Part shown: one piece after another, positions 39,852-52,359 of the stretch
How the letters are laid out: each line of letters starts with the position of its first letter
Numbering within the stretch: the stretch's first letter is position 1
Assembly: GCA_964016885.1 (NCBI GenBank)
Contig: OZ024747.1
Location: 11,284,001 to 11,348,000, forward strand
Direction of reading: 5' to 3'
Source of the DNA: Eledone cirrhosa
Taxonomy: Eukaryota
Length of the DNA stretch: 64,000 nucleotides
Notes under the pieces: generated by a model
What the model saw: only the letters and a program-made list of their open reading frames with translations
Told to the model about the DNA's origin: nothing
Database searches by the model: none
Made by a program: the position numbers and the translations under genes

Positions 39852-40589
39852 AAATAATCATCTTATGTTGTTTATTACATAAATAAGCTCTGTAACCTAC
39901 ATAGAGCACTCTTTTTTCCTGTACCTTTCCGATGGAATTACTTCATATATATATATGTGTGTGTGAGTGTGTGTACACACTGTGTATATTGGCAACAGGA
40001 TAAAACATGTGAATGCTCCACCACCACTACATTATTTTTGTTATTTGCCTTTTCTTCGTCCTCCCTTAACTGTGCCCTGAAGATTGGTTTTAGACAGAAA
40101 ATCATGGCAGGATATGTGACCATACCAGGCAAGCTTCCATCTTTTCAGTATGGTAAAGAGTGGTTCCCATTTTCCAGTGTATTTATTAACTTACTACTTG
40201 ACAAAGCTGTTTGTTTTATGCTCTGTGTACTTGAATGAGGTTGCTATCAAAGTTGAATCCTTCATCAGTTGCCACACACCCTTGTGCCAAACATGGTCAA
40301 AGTTATGATGATAGAGGTGAGATTGGTGCTGCAGATGTTGCTTGATTAGCAGTCTAATCTTAACCCTTTAACATTTACATTACTCTATTTACTCTATATA
40401 TACTATTATATTTTCATGGTAAAGGCTTTACCTCACATAATTATCTCATATAATATCGAATCTATGAGATTTTGATATTATTTATTTTGAGAACAATACC
40501 TTAACATCAGTATGAGTGGCCAGTTACAGCCAGTTTGAACAGAAAGAGGTGAGAGAATTCTGGCTGGATATGGTCGGTTTAAATGTTAA

Positions 40590-41200
40590 ATATCTGCTCT
40601 GTGATACTCCTTTTGGGCCTGAAACTTGCCTGTTCTGTTAATTACACTGATTGTTCTCTAATTCTGGAAGAATCTTAAGTTACCTTTCTTGGGAATTGGT
40701 ATCATCAATGATTGGGTCCCCTCCTTTGGCCACTTCTATGTTTCCCATATCTTCTGATAGGTAACTGTCAGTGCCTTGATAAATGTTGACCCTCTATATT
40801 CTGATGGGATGTTATCCACTCCAGGAGATTTCCTGTCTTCAAGCATGCACCTCACCTCACCTCTTTGACTTCCTCCTGGAGAATTGGAGTATCTTCAAGT
40901 TCCCTATTCTCATTGGTGGAATTGTCCAGGATGTTGTATGTCATGTCTGAGTTTGTGGTTATAAAGATCTTTGCAATACTCAGACCATCTTTTGATGACA
41001 TTGGTCTCATCTGTGAGGAGCAAGTCTGTCTTGTCCTTAATATAGGTTTCATAAGCAGCCAGGCTTTGATGTTTTTGCATTTCACTTTGGCTTCCCTTAT
41101 TTTCTTTCTGGCCTTCTTATTGACTGTCTTGTATTTCTGTGTTGCTTCCTGACCACTTATCATGGTCTTCCTCATGTCCCATGTTAAATCACATAGGTCC
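40590..41200 (-). mobile_element. Degraded RTE LINE internal fragment
   Basis: KYKTVNKKARKKIREAK and EDTPILQEEV..KSPGVDNI-type motifs leading into the RT start; many frameshifts. Confidence 0.7.
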
Positions 41201-43173
41201 AAGGAGTTATCAGTACCCCATAGCTTCTTTTCCCTTCTTCTCCCTAGCGACTAGGAAACTTGTATTTGGTGAGCTTATATACCCATTTGCTCTTAGTATT
41301 ATTCTGAAATGGGAAGACTAATTTGCAAAGAATTAATGCTCGTGTTGGTAATTAATTAAGATATATATTAAGAAGCAGCCGAAGTGCACAATAAAGTTAT
41401 ATCTGTATATATATAGAGTGGGTAACCGAGACTGCACCAATGTATATGTATATATACATGTGTGTGTGTGTGTGTACATATATATATTTATTTATAGCAC
41501 AGATCAAAAGTTTAAGCAAACAATTTCTGCTTCCACCCTCTGGATTTTGGTCTTTATATTTATCATTTCTACTATATATACATGTGTGTCTGAGCGTGTG
41601 TACATGTATGTATGTGTGTGAATATGTATGTGTATGTATATGTATGTGTGTATATATGTATTTATGTGTCTGTATGTGTGTATGTGTAATATATATGTAT
41701 AATATATACGCTGTCAGATTTTAAATCTCAAAGTTAGAAATTCTTGACTTTGTGCCAATGTTGTTTACTGGGGAAAAGCCAGATTCTATGCAGATATGCC
41801 TTGCCTTGACATTGTATCTACCTATATATATCTACCTGTCTAACTCTTTCTATATCTATCTGTCTACCTGTCTACGTATTCCTATATCTGTCTACCTGTC
41901 TACGTATTCCTATATCTGTCTACCTGTCTAACTCTTTCTATATCTGTCTAGCTGTCTGTCTATCTCTTTCTACATCTGTCTAACTCTTTCTATATCTGTC
42001 TGTCTACCTGTCTAACTCTTTCTATATCTGTCTGTCTGTATGTCTCTTTCTCCCACCCAATATGTACACAATATGTTCATTGTCAACACAACACTCCATT
42101 TCCTTTCTTTTGAAAAAATAGATCCTAACCAGGGTCAGATTCAGTCATTTTCATGTCTTAAGCCCATAAAAAATTATGCTCCTCCCTTCCCCATATATAG
42201 AATTTGCAAAAAAAAAATATTGGGCAATGACATTTGAATAAAATGGTTCCCCTCTTGATGCTCTAAACATGTGTTTATTTTTCTTTATGGTTATTCTACC
42301 CCTGGTCCAACCCCCCATATCCCATGAAATATAAATTACAAGTGTAAATGGTTGTTTGTTGTTTTTGTTTGCCTTACTCTACTCTAGTTTCACTTCACTC
42401 CTGTATTTCTAACTAGCATTGGACTGGCTTTCCTAAAACATTCTTAACCACTTCTGTGGAACCATTCTTGGATAGGAAAGAACTTATCTTCCTTGTGTTC
42501 TTACTAGAAACTGTTTGGGCATCTGTCATTTTCCTTGTTAGTAAATATATATATTTATATCATTATTTGATATCATTTTTCTCTGTTGGTATATATATTC
42601 ATATCATCATATTTAACATCACCTTTCCTGCTAGTAATGTCTGGGCAATTGGTTCCATGTTCTACTGAGTTCATTTTATCATGGCGCCAACACTAGGGAC
42701 ATTGTCATCATCATCATCATCATTTTTACATCCGTTTTCCATGCTTGCATGGATCTATGTCCTTGGAATAGGTGAAGAGACTTTTCCAACCCTTTGTTTG
42801 GCAGTTTTCTATGGCTGGATACCCTTTCTACATGACCACATCACAGTGTGGACTGAGTGGTTTTTGTCATGACCCCTACATGACAACTTTATAGTGTGAG
42901 CCGGTGCTTTTTGTCGTGACACCTACACGATCACTTGACAGTGTGGGATGGGCGCTTTTTGTCGTGACACCTACACGATCACTATATATAGGTTTCTGAA
43001 AGGTGTAGGGAGTAACCACAGTTAAAGAAGGTACTCAATGCGTTGGTAGAGTATAGGCATCTTTATTATAAATAGAGAAATGACTTCTACAGGACTAGAA
43101 CTGTTTCATTTATATGAAATCATAAGGAATGACATTCCTGGTGATTTCATACAAATGAAACTGTTCTAGTCCT

Positions 43174-43209
<36 letters not shown>

Positions 43210-43553
43210 GTCCACGCTGTAATGTGGCCGTGTAGGCAACACGGTAAAAACCTCCCAGACCCACACTGTAAATGTGGTTGGTGTTAGGAAGGGCATCCAA
43301 CTGTAGAAAACCCGCCAGACAGTCCTATGCGAGCAAGACAACCACTCTTGCCTCAAGTGGGAAAACTCCCGTCCAAACCCATGCAAGCATGGAACACGGA
43401 CGTTAAACGATGATGATGATGATGATGATGATGATATATATATATATAGGGCTCACAAGGGAATGGGCGAAGGCTTCAAGAACATCATCTTTGTCCGTTC
43501 CCTTGTCGTTTTAATCTAGATTGCCTCAAGAATGTAACCTTATTATGTAAGAA

Positions 43554-43628
43554 GCTGTCTGATGAGATCATGGCACTGAGTATGGAGAATTGTGTGCCTA
43601 CTGTCATCATTGAAATATGTATCACAGC
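43554..43628 (+). ncRNA. Type-I hammerhead ribozyme motif
   Basis: GCTGT CTGATGA GATCATGGCA...TGTCATCATT GAAATA tg TATC ACAGC: 5-bp stem I, about 10-bp stem II, AUC triplet (43621-43623). Confidence 0.72.
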
Positions 43629-43676
43629 CTTATCAATATAGGACTTTAACATCTGAAACTACTTCTCATTTTCTTA

Positions 43677-43710
<34 letters not shown>

Positions 43711-43819
43711 CATCTTCGTTTAATGTCCATTTTCCACGCTAGCATGGGTTAGATGATATATATATATATATATAGTTACACACACACACAGTGTGTCTGT
43801 GTCTGAGTGGAGGGGGGAG

Positions 43820-43852
43820 GGTATGTATATCAGAATGAGGGTGCATGTGTTA

Positions 43853-43897
<45 letters not shown>

Positions 43898-43944
43898 AAT
43901 GTGTGTATCTGAATGAGGATGTATGTGTCAGTATGTATGTGTAC

Positions 43945-43979
<35 letters not shown>

Positions 43980-44180
43980 AATGTGTGTATCTGAATGAGG
44001 ATGTATGTGTCAGTATGTATGTGTACATATATATATATGTGTGTGTGTGTGTGTGAATGTGTGTATCTCAATGAGGATGTATGTGTCAGTATGTATGTGT
44101 ACATATATATATATGTGTGTATGTGTGTGTGTGAATGTGTGTATCAGAATGAGGATGTATGTGTCAGTATGTATGTGTAC

Positions 44181-44213
<33 letters not shown>

Positions 44214-44260
44214 AATGTGTGTATCTGAATGAGGATGTATGTGTCAGTATGTATGTGTAC

Positions 44261-44293
<33 letters not shown>

Positions 44294-44340
44294 AATGTGT
44301 GTATCTGAATGAGGATGTATGTGTCAGTATGTATGTGTAC

Positions 44341-44371
<31 letters not shown>

Positions 44372-44418
44372 AATGTGTGTATCTGAATGAGGATGTATGT
44401 GTCAGTATGTATGTGTAC

Positions 44419-44451
<33 letters not shown>

Positions 44452-44498
44452 AATGTGTGTATCTGAATGAGGATGTATGTGTCAGTATGTATGTGTAC

Positions 44499-44529
<31 letters not shown>

Positions 44530-44644
44530 AATGTGTGTATCTGAATGAGGATGTATGTGTCAGTATGTATGTGTACATATATATGTGTGTGTGTGTGTGT
44601 GTGTGTATCTGAATGAGGATGTATGTGTCAGTATGTATGTGTAC

Positions 44645-44675
<31 letters not shown>

Positions 44676-44722
44676 AATGTGTGTATCTGAATGAGGATGT
44701 ATGTGTCAGTATGTATGTGTAC

Positions 44723-44753
<31 letters not shown>

Positions 44754-44800
44754 AATGTGTGTATCTGAATGAGGATGTATGTGTCAGTATGTATGTGTAC

Positions 44801-44841
<41 letters not shown>

Positions 44842-44870
44842 TGTGTATCTGAATGAGGATGTATGTGTCA

Positions 44871-44943
<73 letters not shown>

Positions 44944-45064
44944 TGTGTATCTGAATGAGGATGTATGTGTCAGTATGTATGTGTACATATATATATATGT
45001 GTGTATGTGTGTGTGTGAATGTGTGTATCAGAATGAGGGTGCATGTGTCAGTATGTATGTGTAC

Positions 45065-45095
<31 letters not shown>

Positions 45096-45128
45096 AATGT
45101 GTGTATCTGAATGAGGGTGCATGTGTCA

Positions 45129-45160
<32 letters not shown>

Positions 45161-45370
45161 GTGTGTGTGTGTATCTGAATGAGGATGTGTGTGTCAGTAT
45201 GTATGTGTACATATATATATATATCTATATATGTGTGTGTGTGTGTGTGTGAATGTGTGTATCTGAATGAGGATGTATGTGTCAGTATGTATGTGTACAT
45301 ATATATATATATGTGTGTGTGTGTATCTGAATGAGGATGTATGTGTCAGTGTGTATGTGTACATGTGTGT
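43820..45370. repeat. About 75-85-bp compound minisatellite: (TA)n(TG)n plus gaatgtgtgtatctgaatgaggatgtatgtgtcagtatgtatgtgtaca
   Basis: About 20 units with variable microsatellite lengths. Confidence 0.95.
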
Positions 45371-45469
45371 CTGTGTGTGTATGTGTCTATCCTGCTAAGT
45401 TCAACCACGTACATACATGATGTCAGAACCTACATAACATTGCTGTTATCATGTAGAAATGACATTTTT

Positions 45470-46045
45470 ACCACAACCACCACCTCACTGCCACCAACGC
45501 AATCACCACCACCATCACTACCACACCACCACCTCACCGCCACCAACGCAATCACCACCACCATCACTACCACACCACCAACACAATCACCACCACCATA
45601 ACACCACACCACCATTACTACCACACGACCAACACCACCATCACTACCACCATCACTACCACCACAACCACTACCACACCACCACCACCACCACACCACC
45701 ATTACCACCACAACACCACCAGCAATACCACACCACAACAATCAACACTACCACCATACCACCACAATACCACCGCCACCACTACAACACCACCACCACA
45801 ACAACACCACCACCACCACCACAACAACACCACCACCACCACCACTACTACCACCACCACTACTACCACCACCACTACTACCAACACCACCACCACCACT
45901 ATCACCACCTCTACCACACCACCACCACAACCTCCACCACCACCTCCACCACCACCACCACAACACCACCACCACTACACCACCACCACTACAACACCAC
46001 CACCACACCAGAACACCACCACCACCACTACTACCAACACCACAA
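45470..46045. repeat. Degenerate (CAC)n tract
   Basis: Direct inspection. Confidence 0.93.
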
Positions 46046-46339
46046 CTTCCTACATCCCTGTTAAATAACAAGCTAGGTTAGTGTCTCCCTCATCAGATGT
46101 GAACAAAATCAAACAGAGAAGAGATTTAGCTGAGATCAGATGTAAGAGATTAACAGAGATCAACTAGATAACAGCAGAAGTATTTGATCGTTTTTAATCT
46201 GTTGTTGATTTTTAAGTATTTATTTCTTGTTTATGACAAACATATCACACGACACCGACATATCTTATAACCATATATGTCCATGTACATGCTGTAGTTT
46301 TGTATATATATATATTACATAGCTACAGCATATATATGG

Positions 46340-46382
<43 letters not shown>

Positions 46383-46395
46383 GGTCATACTATAT

Positions 46396-46426
<31 letters not shown>

Positions 46427-46599
46427 GTAACCGTAGAGTAAATATTTATTAAAATAACAGATTAAAGTTTAAGCAAAGAATCGCTGCTTTCAGCGATTCT
46501 TTGCTTAAACTTTAATCTGTTATTTTAATATATATATATATATTTCGTTTCTGAATTTGTTTAGCAAGATTCTTTATCTGAAAACGTGTGTTGAAACTG

Positions 46600-47248
46600 A
46601 TATTGTTATGCTTTGGGAGGGTCATGTTACCAGTAATGAACACTGGCGAGAGCTTCAAGATAGAAAAGAATCATCTGTACTCCAGCAACATGCTAAAATA
46701 GAACATAAGGGTAAGTTAGAGAACATAGAATTAAAAATAGAATCTACACACAGAAAAGACGCAATGTTTAGACAAATCACAGAGGCAATAAACATAAATG
46801 AACTCGAACCAAAATTAAATAGAAAACATGAATGGAATAGCAACATCACAACTTACAATTAAGGACAAAATGAAAACACACACACACACATAGAACAAAC
46901 AACCAACCAGTATCATGTAAATAAACAAATAAATAAACAAATATAAACACACACAGACACCCGGATGTAACACATGCACAAACTAAGCACACAACACACA
47001 CAAAAACAAGATGGCGTAGGACAGAACAAAGGAGAGGCACAAAAACAAAGAAAAGAATCCCAGTCACTGAAGAGGTCACAGAATGTGTGACGAAAGAACT
47101 TTGACAATATATGAACAACCGTCCGGTTGTGGAACCAACCAACCAACCGGAAATTTATAAATTCTTAAATTTATAATAAATTGGAGTGAAAGCAATTGGT
47201 GCATGTGTTTCTTATTGGCAACATGACCCTCCCAAAGCATAACAATAT
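46600..47248 (+). mobile_element. Penelope-like element remnant: GIY-YIG endonuclease C-terminus, 3' region with hammerhead, about 37-bp terminal inverted repeat
   Basis: EHWRELQDRKESSVLQQHAKIEH...FRQITEAINI...KLNRKHEW; inverted repeat at 46600-46636 / 47212-47248. Confidence 0.75.
47063..47105 (+). ncRNA. Type-I hammerhead motif in the Penelope-like 3' region
   Basis: GTCA CTGAAGA g GTCACA-gaatg-TGTGAC GAAAG aa CTT TGAC; one extra G before stem II; CUU triplet. Confidence 0.62.
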
Positions 47249-47257
47249 ATATATATA

Positions 47258-48260
47258 TCATCATCATCATCACCGTTTTACGTCCATTCTTCCACGCTAG
47301 CATGGGTTAGACGGGTTGTCCTGTTGTGGGCAGTGTCTGGTCGGCTGACCATGCCTTGCTCATACAGGAACTGATATGGCTTGATTTCTATAGCTGGATG
47401 CCCTTCCTAACACCAACCTCATTTACAGTGAGTGCTGGGTGCTTTTTTGTCCACTTTACAGTGTGGGCTGGGTGCTTTTGTGCCGTGGCACCTCCACGAC
47501 CACCTTGCAGTGGGGGGTGTGGGGGCATATTGTCTATATGCTTCAGCTTGTACCCATGGGAGGTTGGGTACTCTGTATTACTGCGTGACGCCAGAGGTCA
47601 CGGTCGTGTGTCATCGCCTTTGAGAGGTGTAATTGGGTAAGGTCGGCTTTTATCACCTCATCCCAGGTCATCTTGGGTCTCCCCACTCCGCGGTTTCCAT
47701 CGACTTCTAGTGCTCTGCACCTTTTTATGCAGCTGTCATCCTTCATACGCATCACATGTCCATACCAACGCAACCACCTCTCCTGCACACAGCATTTGAT
47801 TCCTCTTATGCTCAGTCTCTCTCTCAATTCATTTATGCTTTGTCGTTCGCGTATATTACTATTACACATCCATCGGAGCATGCAGGCTTCGTTTCTCTCT
47901 AATCTACGTAAGTCTTCCACCTTCAGCGCCCAGGTCTCACTACCATGTAACATTGCTGTTCGTATACACGCATCATACAGTCTGCCTTTCATTTTAAGGG
48001 AGAAGCCTTTTGCAGTTAGCAGTGGTAGTAGTTCCCTAAACTTCTTCCATCCCGTTCTTACCCTAGTTATTGTACTTTCTGAACACCCACCTCCGCTGCT
48101 AATTCGGTCACCTAGGTAGCAGAAGCTGTCTACTGTTTCTACAGAGCCCTCCCAGAGATTGGTGGTACTTGTTTCCTGTGGCTGTTTGCTGCTTGCTGTC
48201 CCAGCACAGCTGCTGCATATGAAGCCTACATTCTTAATTAAGCTTCCTGAGATCCCGCTA
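47258..48260 (-). mobile_element. 5'-truncated RTE LINE (ORF C-terminus, 3' UTR, (ATG)n tail)
   Basis: ETVDSFCYLGD..KGRLYDACIRTAMLHGSETW..RWLRWYGHVMRM..GRPKMTW; frame largely intact. Confidence 0.93.
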
Positions 48261-48305
48261 CATATATATATTATTATTATTATTTTAATATATATATTAT
48301 TATTA

Positions 48306-48400
<95 letters not shown>

Positions 48401-48859
48401 TGACCTAGGAGACTTGGGATGAAGGGATAAAAGCTGACCTTGCACAATTGCACCTCTCGAATGCGATGACACAGGATTGAGATCTCTGGCGTTATGCAGT
48501 AGTACATAAGATCCGCCTTTCCATGTAAATGGGTTGAAACATACATCTTTTATGCACTACCTTCTTCCTCTCCCTTACTCATCACCCTGTCAAATCACTA
48601 CACTCGTCATATACTCCTAACTTCATACCTATCTCCCTTCTTCTCTCGCCCCCTCCACAGAGCAGAGAGGGCTCTTCAGATGTGACTATGACCAACAACC
48701 TCTCTAGTGAAGGTGTCACAAAAATGCACCTGGTATACCCTGTAAGGTGGCTGGCAATAGGAAAGGAACCTCATGCCTAAACGTGTTCATACAAACCCAT
48801 ACAGCTCATACTATCACATACACGCTATCCATCTCACAGAAACTTACACAGCTGATATA

Positions 48860-49110
48860 AGGTACCTAGCTCACAGAAGCCATCTAGCTAACACAAACAT
48901 ATTCAACGTACCTAGCTCACAGACGCTATCCAGCTAACACATACACAAACAAAGTACCTAGCTCATAGAAGCCATGTAGCTAACACTTACACAAACACTC
49001 ACACAAACAAAGTACCTAGCTCAAGTAAGCCATCTAGCTAACACTTATATATATATAAACAACTCATTCAACGTATCAAGCTCACAGAACCTATCTAGCT
49101 AACACTAACA
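48860..49110. repeat. Degenerate 45-65-bp tandem repeat (gtacctagctcacagaagccatctagctaacac)
   Basis: About 5 units. Confidence 0.8.
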
Positions 49111-50403
49111 CATATACATACAGCTCAGTTGATATGTCCTTGACATAAATCTCAAGTGCAACAATAAGAAGCTTTTTATCTGCTAACAGCTTAGAAAACC
49201 AACAACTTTAAATAACGAGGTTAGATTTCGTTTCAACAGAACAACGAACAGGTGAATTATAAATGCTTCTAGTCTTACAACCTATTGTATGTGGAAATGT
49301 TACTGTTGTTTAGACCTAGTTAAGGCCTAATCAAAGGCTTTCCAGCTATGACTATGATGTCTTTTATTTTCTAAGTGCAGTGTATCTAGGATAACATTAT
49401 ACAAAGTGTCATTCATTGATAGTTGGGTGAGACATGGCTGCTATTTTTTAGCAAGTAATATGACCATGTTGAGATCAGCTTGTTGAATCATTGCTGGGGT
49501 TAACATTGATCCATGTGGTGGTGGCGGTATGTGATAGTGGTGTGTAATAGTGGTGACGCGATGTGTGATGGTGGTGATGCGATGTGTGATGGTATGTTAC
49601 GTTGATGATGATGTGTAATGGTGGTGGTGGTGGTGGTGGTTGAGACAAGTCAGGTCAGGCAACCCACATCTTGCTCATATGGATCTGTAGTTTGGCTTGG
49701 CTTCTACAGCTGGATACCCTTCCTAAAACCGATCACATTACAATGTGGACTAGGTATATTTTATCGTGGCACCCAAATGACCATCTAACAGGATGGACTG
49801 GGAGCTTTTTCTCGTGTCACCAGCACGACCACTTTACAATGTGGACTGAGTGCTTTTTTCTCGTGTCACCAGCACGACCACGCTACACGGCTGAGTGGGT
49901 ACATTTTTCTCGAGTTACTAGGACGGCTGCTATTCGGGTTGAACTAAGAGCCTCTTACCATCTCAGAACAGAGTGGACTGCATGAGTATGATTGTTGTGA
50001 GAGTGTGTGTCTGTGTTGCAATCATGATGTTGTGAGTTCGATTCCCGGGCGAAACCGATGCGTTGTTCCATTTCATTCAGCTGTAGAAATAAGTTGTGAC
50101 GTCACTGGTGCCAAGCTATATCAGCCTTTACCTTTCCCTTGGACATCAGTGGTGTGGAGAGGAGAGACTGGTTTGTATGGGTGATTGCTGGACTTCCACA
50201 AAAACACCTTGTTCGGAACTTTCTAGGTGCAAATCTCATGGTCATTTGTGAACGTTTCGACGGTATTTCTGGACTAGCCGTCGAAACGGCTGGAGCTCTG
50301 CCGTCGAGGTCTTGAACATTTTCCTATTACTCACTCTACTACCCTAAGCATTGAGTACTCTGGTGCGTTATGGTCCACCTGGTTCCTTACCACACTTCCT
50401 TCG

Positions 50404-50460
<57 letters not shown>

Positions 50461-51914
50461 CGTGTGTATATATAGTATATATACACGTAAAAAACATCCC
50501 CATACATAGAGATGTAACGAAAACCTTATTAACAAATGAGTTTTTAATTTCTTGAAGTTGTCTTTCCTTTTCTTTGAGAGTCGCAAATAACTGTCACTAG
50601 GTTTTTCGTTTTCTTTCTCCACTAAAGAGATATCAAAGTTCTGTTTGTTTAGTCTAATCCGATGTGATGCAATACAACAACAACAACATGACATACAATT
50701 GAATAAACGTAAACATAAACACACTCACCACAGACGTCGCTACTCTCATTACCACTCTCTCTTTCTCTCCAGGCCTGCTAACTACTCCCACCACCACCAT
50801 CGTCACAGTTGTCATCTTACCTAACACTGCTCCCCATTACCACCACCACCTTCTCCCCCCCCCCGCACCCCCAACAGATGTTTTTCTTACTCCACGTGTT
50901 TTATTGATTAAATAGAATGCTTGGGTCGGTCGGTGAGGGTGAAAAGGTGAGGAGGCCGCCCTATTTTTCAGCCAACTTGCTTCGCTCACCTTTCACTACT
51001 TCACTCTGGCTTGTGTTCCTCCGCCGAAAAGAATGAGGTCAGCAGTTTATCTATTGTACAACGCTTTCAGGAATAAGTGGGTGAAAAAGAATATATATAT
51101 ATTCGTTGGTAGAAATCCGTAGATGAAAGATCAAGGAAAACAGTGCGCGATCTGTTGGAAGAGAGCTTATTAAGTATAAACAAAGGATAAACAAAGTTTC
51201 ATACACTTAACAGTATGTGCTACCAACGGTTTCGGGGTTTTTGTCGACATGCCTGAAAGAAGGGCCAGTTTAAAAGTGCCGTCTCCATTATACAGTGGTG
51301 GACATAACTGGACTCCGAAACCAATGGTAGTACATACATGTTAAATGTATGAAACTTTGTTTACACTATATACATATATATATATACACTATATATATAT
51401 ATATATAACCTACACGCACTCTTTTTTCCTGGACCTTTCCGACAGAATTACTTCATTTACACACACACACACACACACAAATATTAACACACACGCGCGC
51501 GCGCGCACACACACACACGCACACTAATATTAACATTTTGTACTGCCTCTTCGCTTCCACGTTGTTGTTTTTTTGTTTACTCTCTCAACTATAATATATA
51601 TATATATATATATATAAAATTACAAGAAACGAAGCGAGCTGTGTGGTTACTGTAAACAAAGTTTAAGATGGTAGTATGGATGAAACAAGAGAAGAACCCC
51701 TTCGTCAGCTGTTAATTGCAGATCATAGATGTTTTGGCGCTTAAAACAGGACATCAAAAGCGATCAGCAGGCGCCCAAGGCCTTTTATCGATCAAAAGGC
51801 CATGAGGGAAAGAAAAGAAATAATAGTGAGGAGAGAGGAAGAAAGAGGAAAATATATATATATATATATATAAGAGAGTATTGAAGTTTGCTTGAAGCAT
51901 TGTGGAATAATAAT

Positions 51915-52335
51915 TAAATATCTTTAAGTCGTTTGGAAGCCCCAACAATGCAAATGGGTAAATCTCCGGGTAACAAGATCCGGTGGTGGAGAGAGAGATG
52001 TAAGTGGGTGTACGTTGAGATGCGTGGTGTGTATAAGATGTGTAGAAGAATGAAGGGAAGAGTATAAAGGATAAAATTAAAATAACGACACAAGAGAGAG
52101 TTACCTTGGGAGAGAGATTTAATAGACTATTAAATCTCTCCCAAGGTAACTCTCTCTTGTGTTGTTATTTTTATTTTATCCTTTATACTCTTCCCTTCAT
52201 TCTTCTACACATCTTATACACACCACGCATCTCAACGTACACCCACTTACATCTCTCTCTCCACCACCGGATCTTGTTACCCGGAGATTTACCCATTTGC
52301 ATTGTCGGGGCTTCCAAACGACTTAAAGATATTTA
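51915..52335. repeat. Near-perfect palindrome, about 210-bp arms, 1-nt spacer at 52126
   Basis: The arms are reverse complements with only a handful of differences; flanked by (TA)n. Confidence 0.93.
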
Positions 52336-52359
52336 CATATATATATATATGAGTAAATC

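Noticed and set aside
43820-45370. CRISPR-like constant repeat with variable spacers
   Set aside because: The 'spacers' are only (TA)n(TG)n length variants; eukaryotic context and no cas genes.
45459-46071. His/Thr-rich and Gly/Val-rich ORFs
   Set aside because: Degenerate (CAC)n microsatellite.
50404-50724. 106-aa minus-strand ORF with a charged middle segment
   Set aside because: No recognisable domain or convincing splice sites, and it runs into a TA tract.
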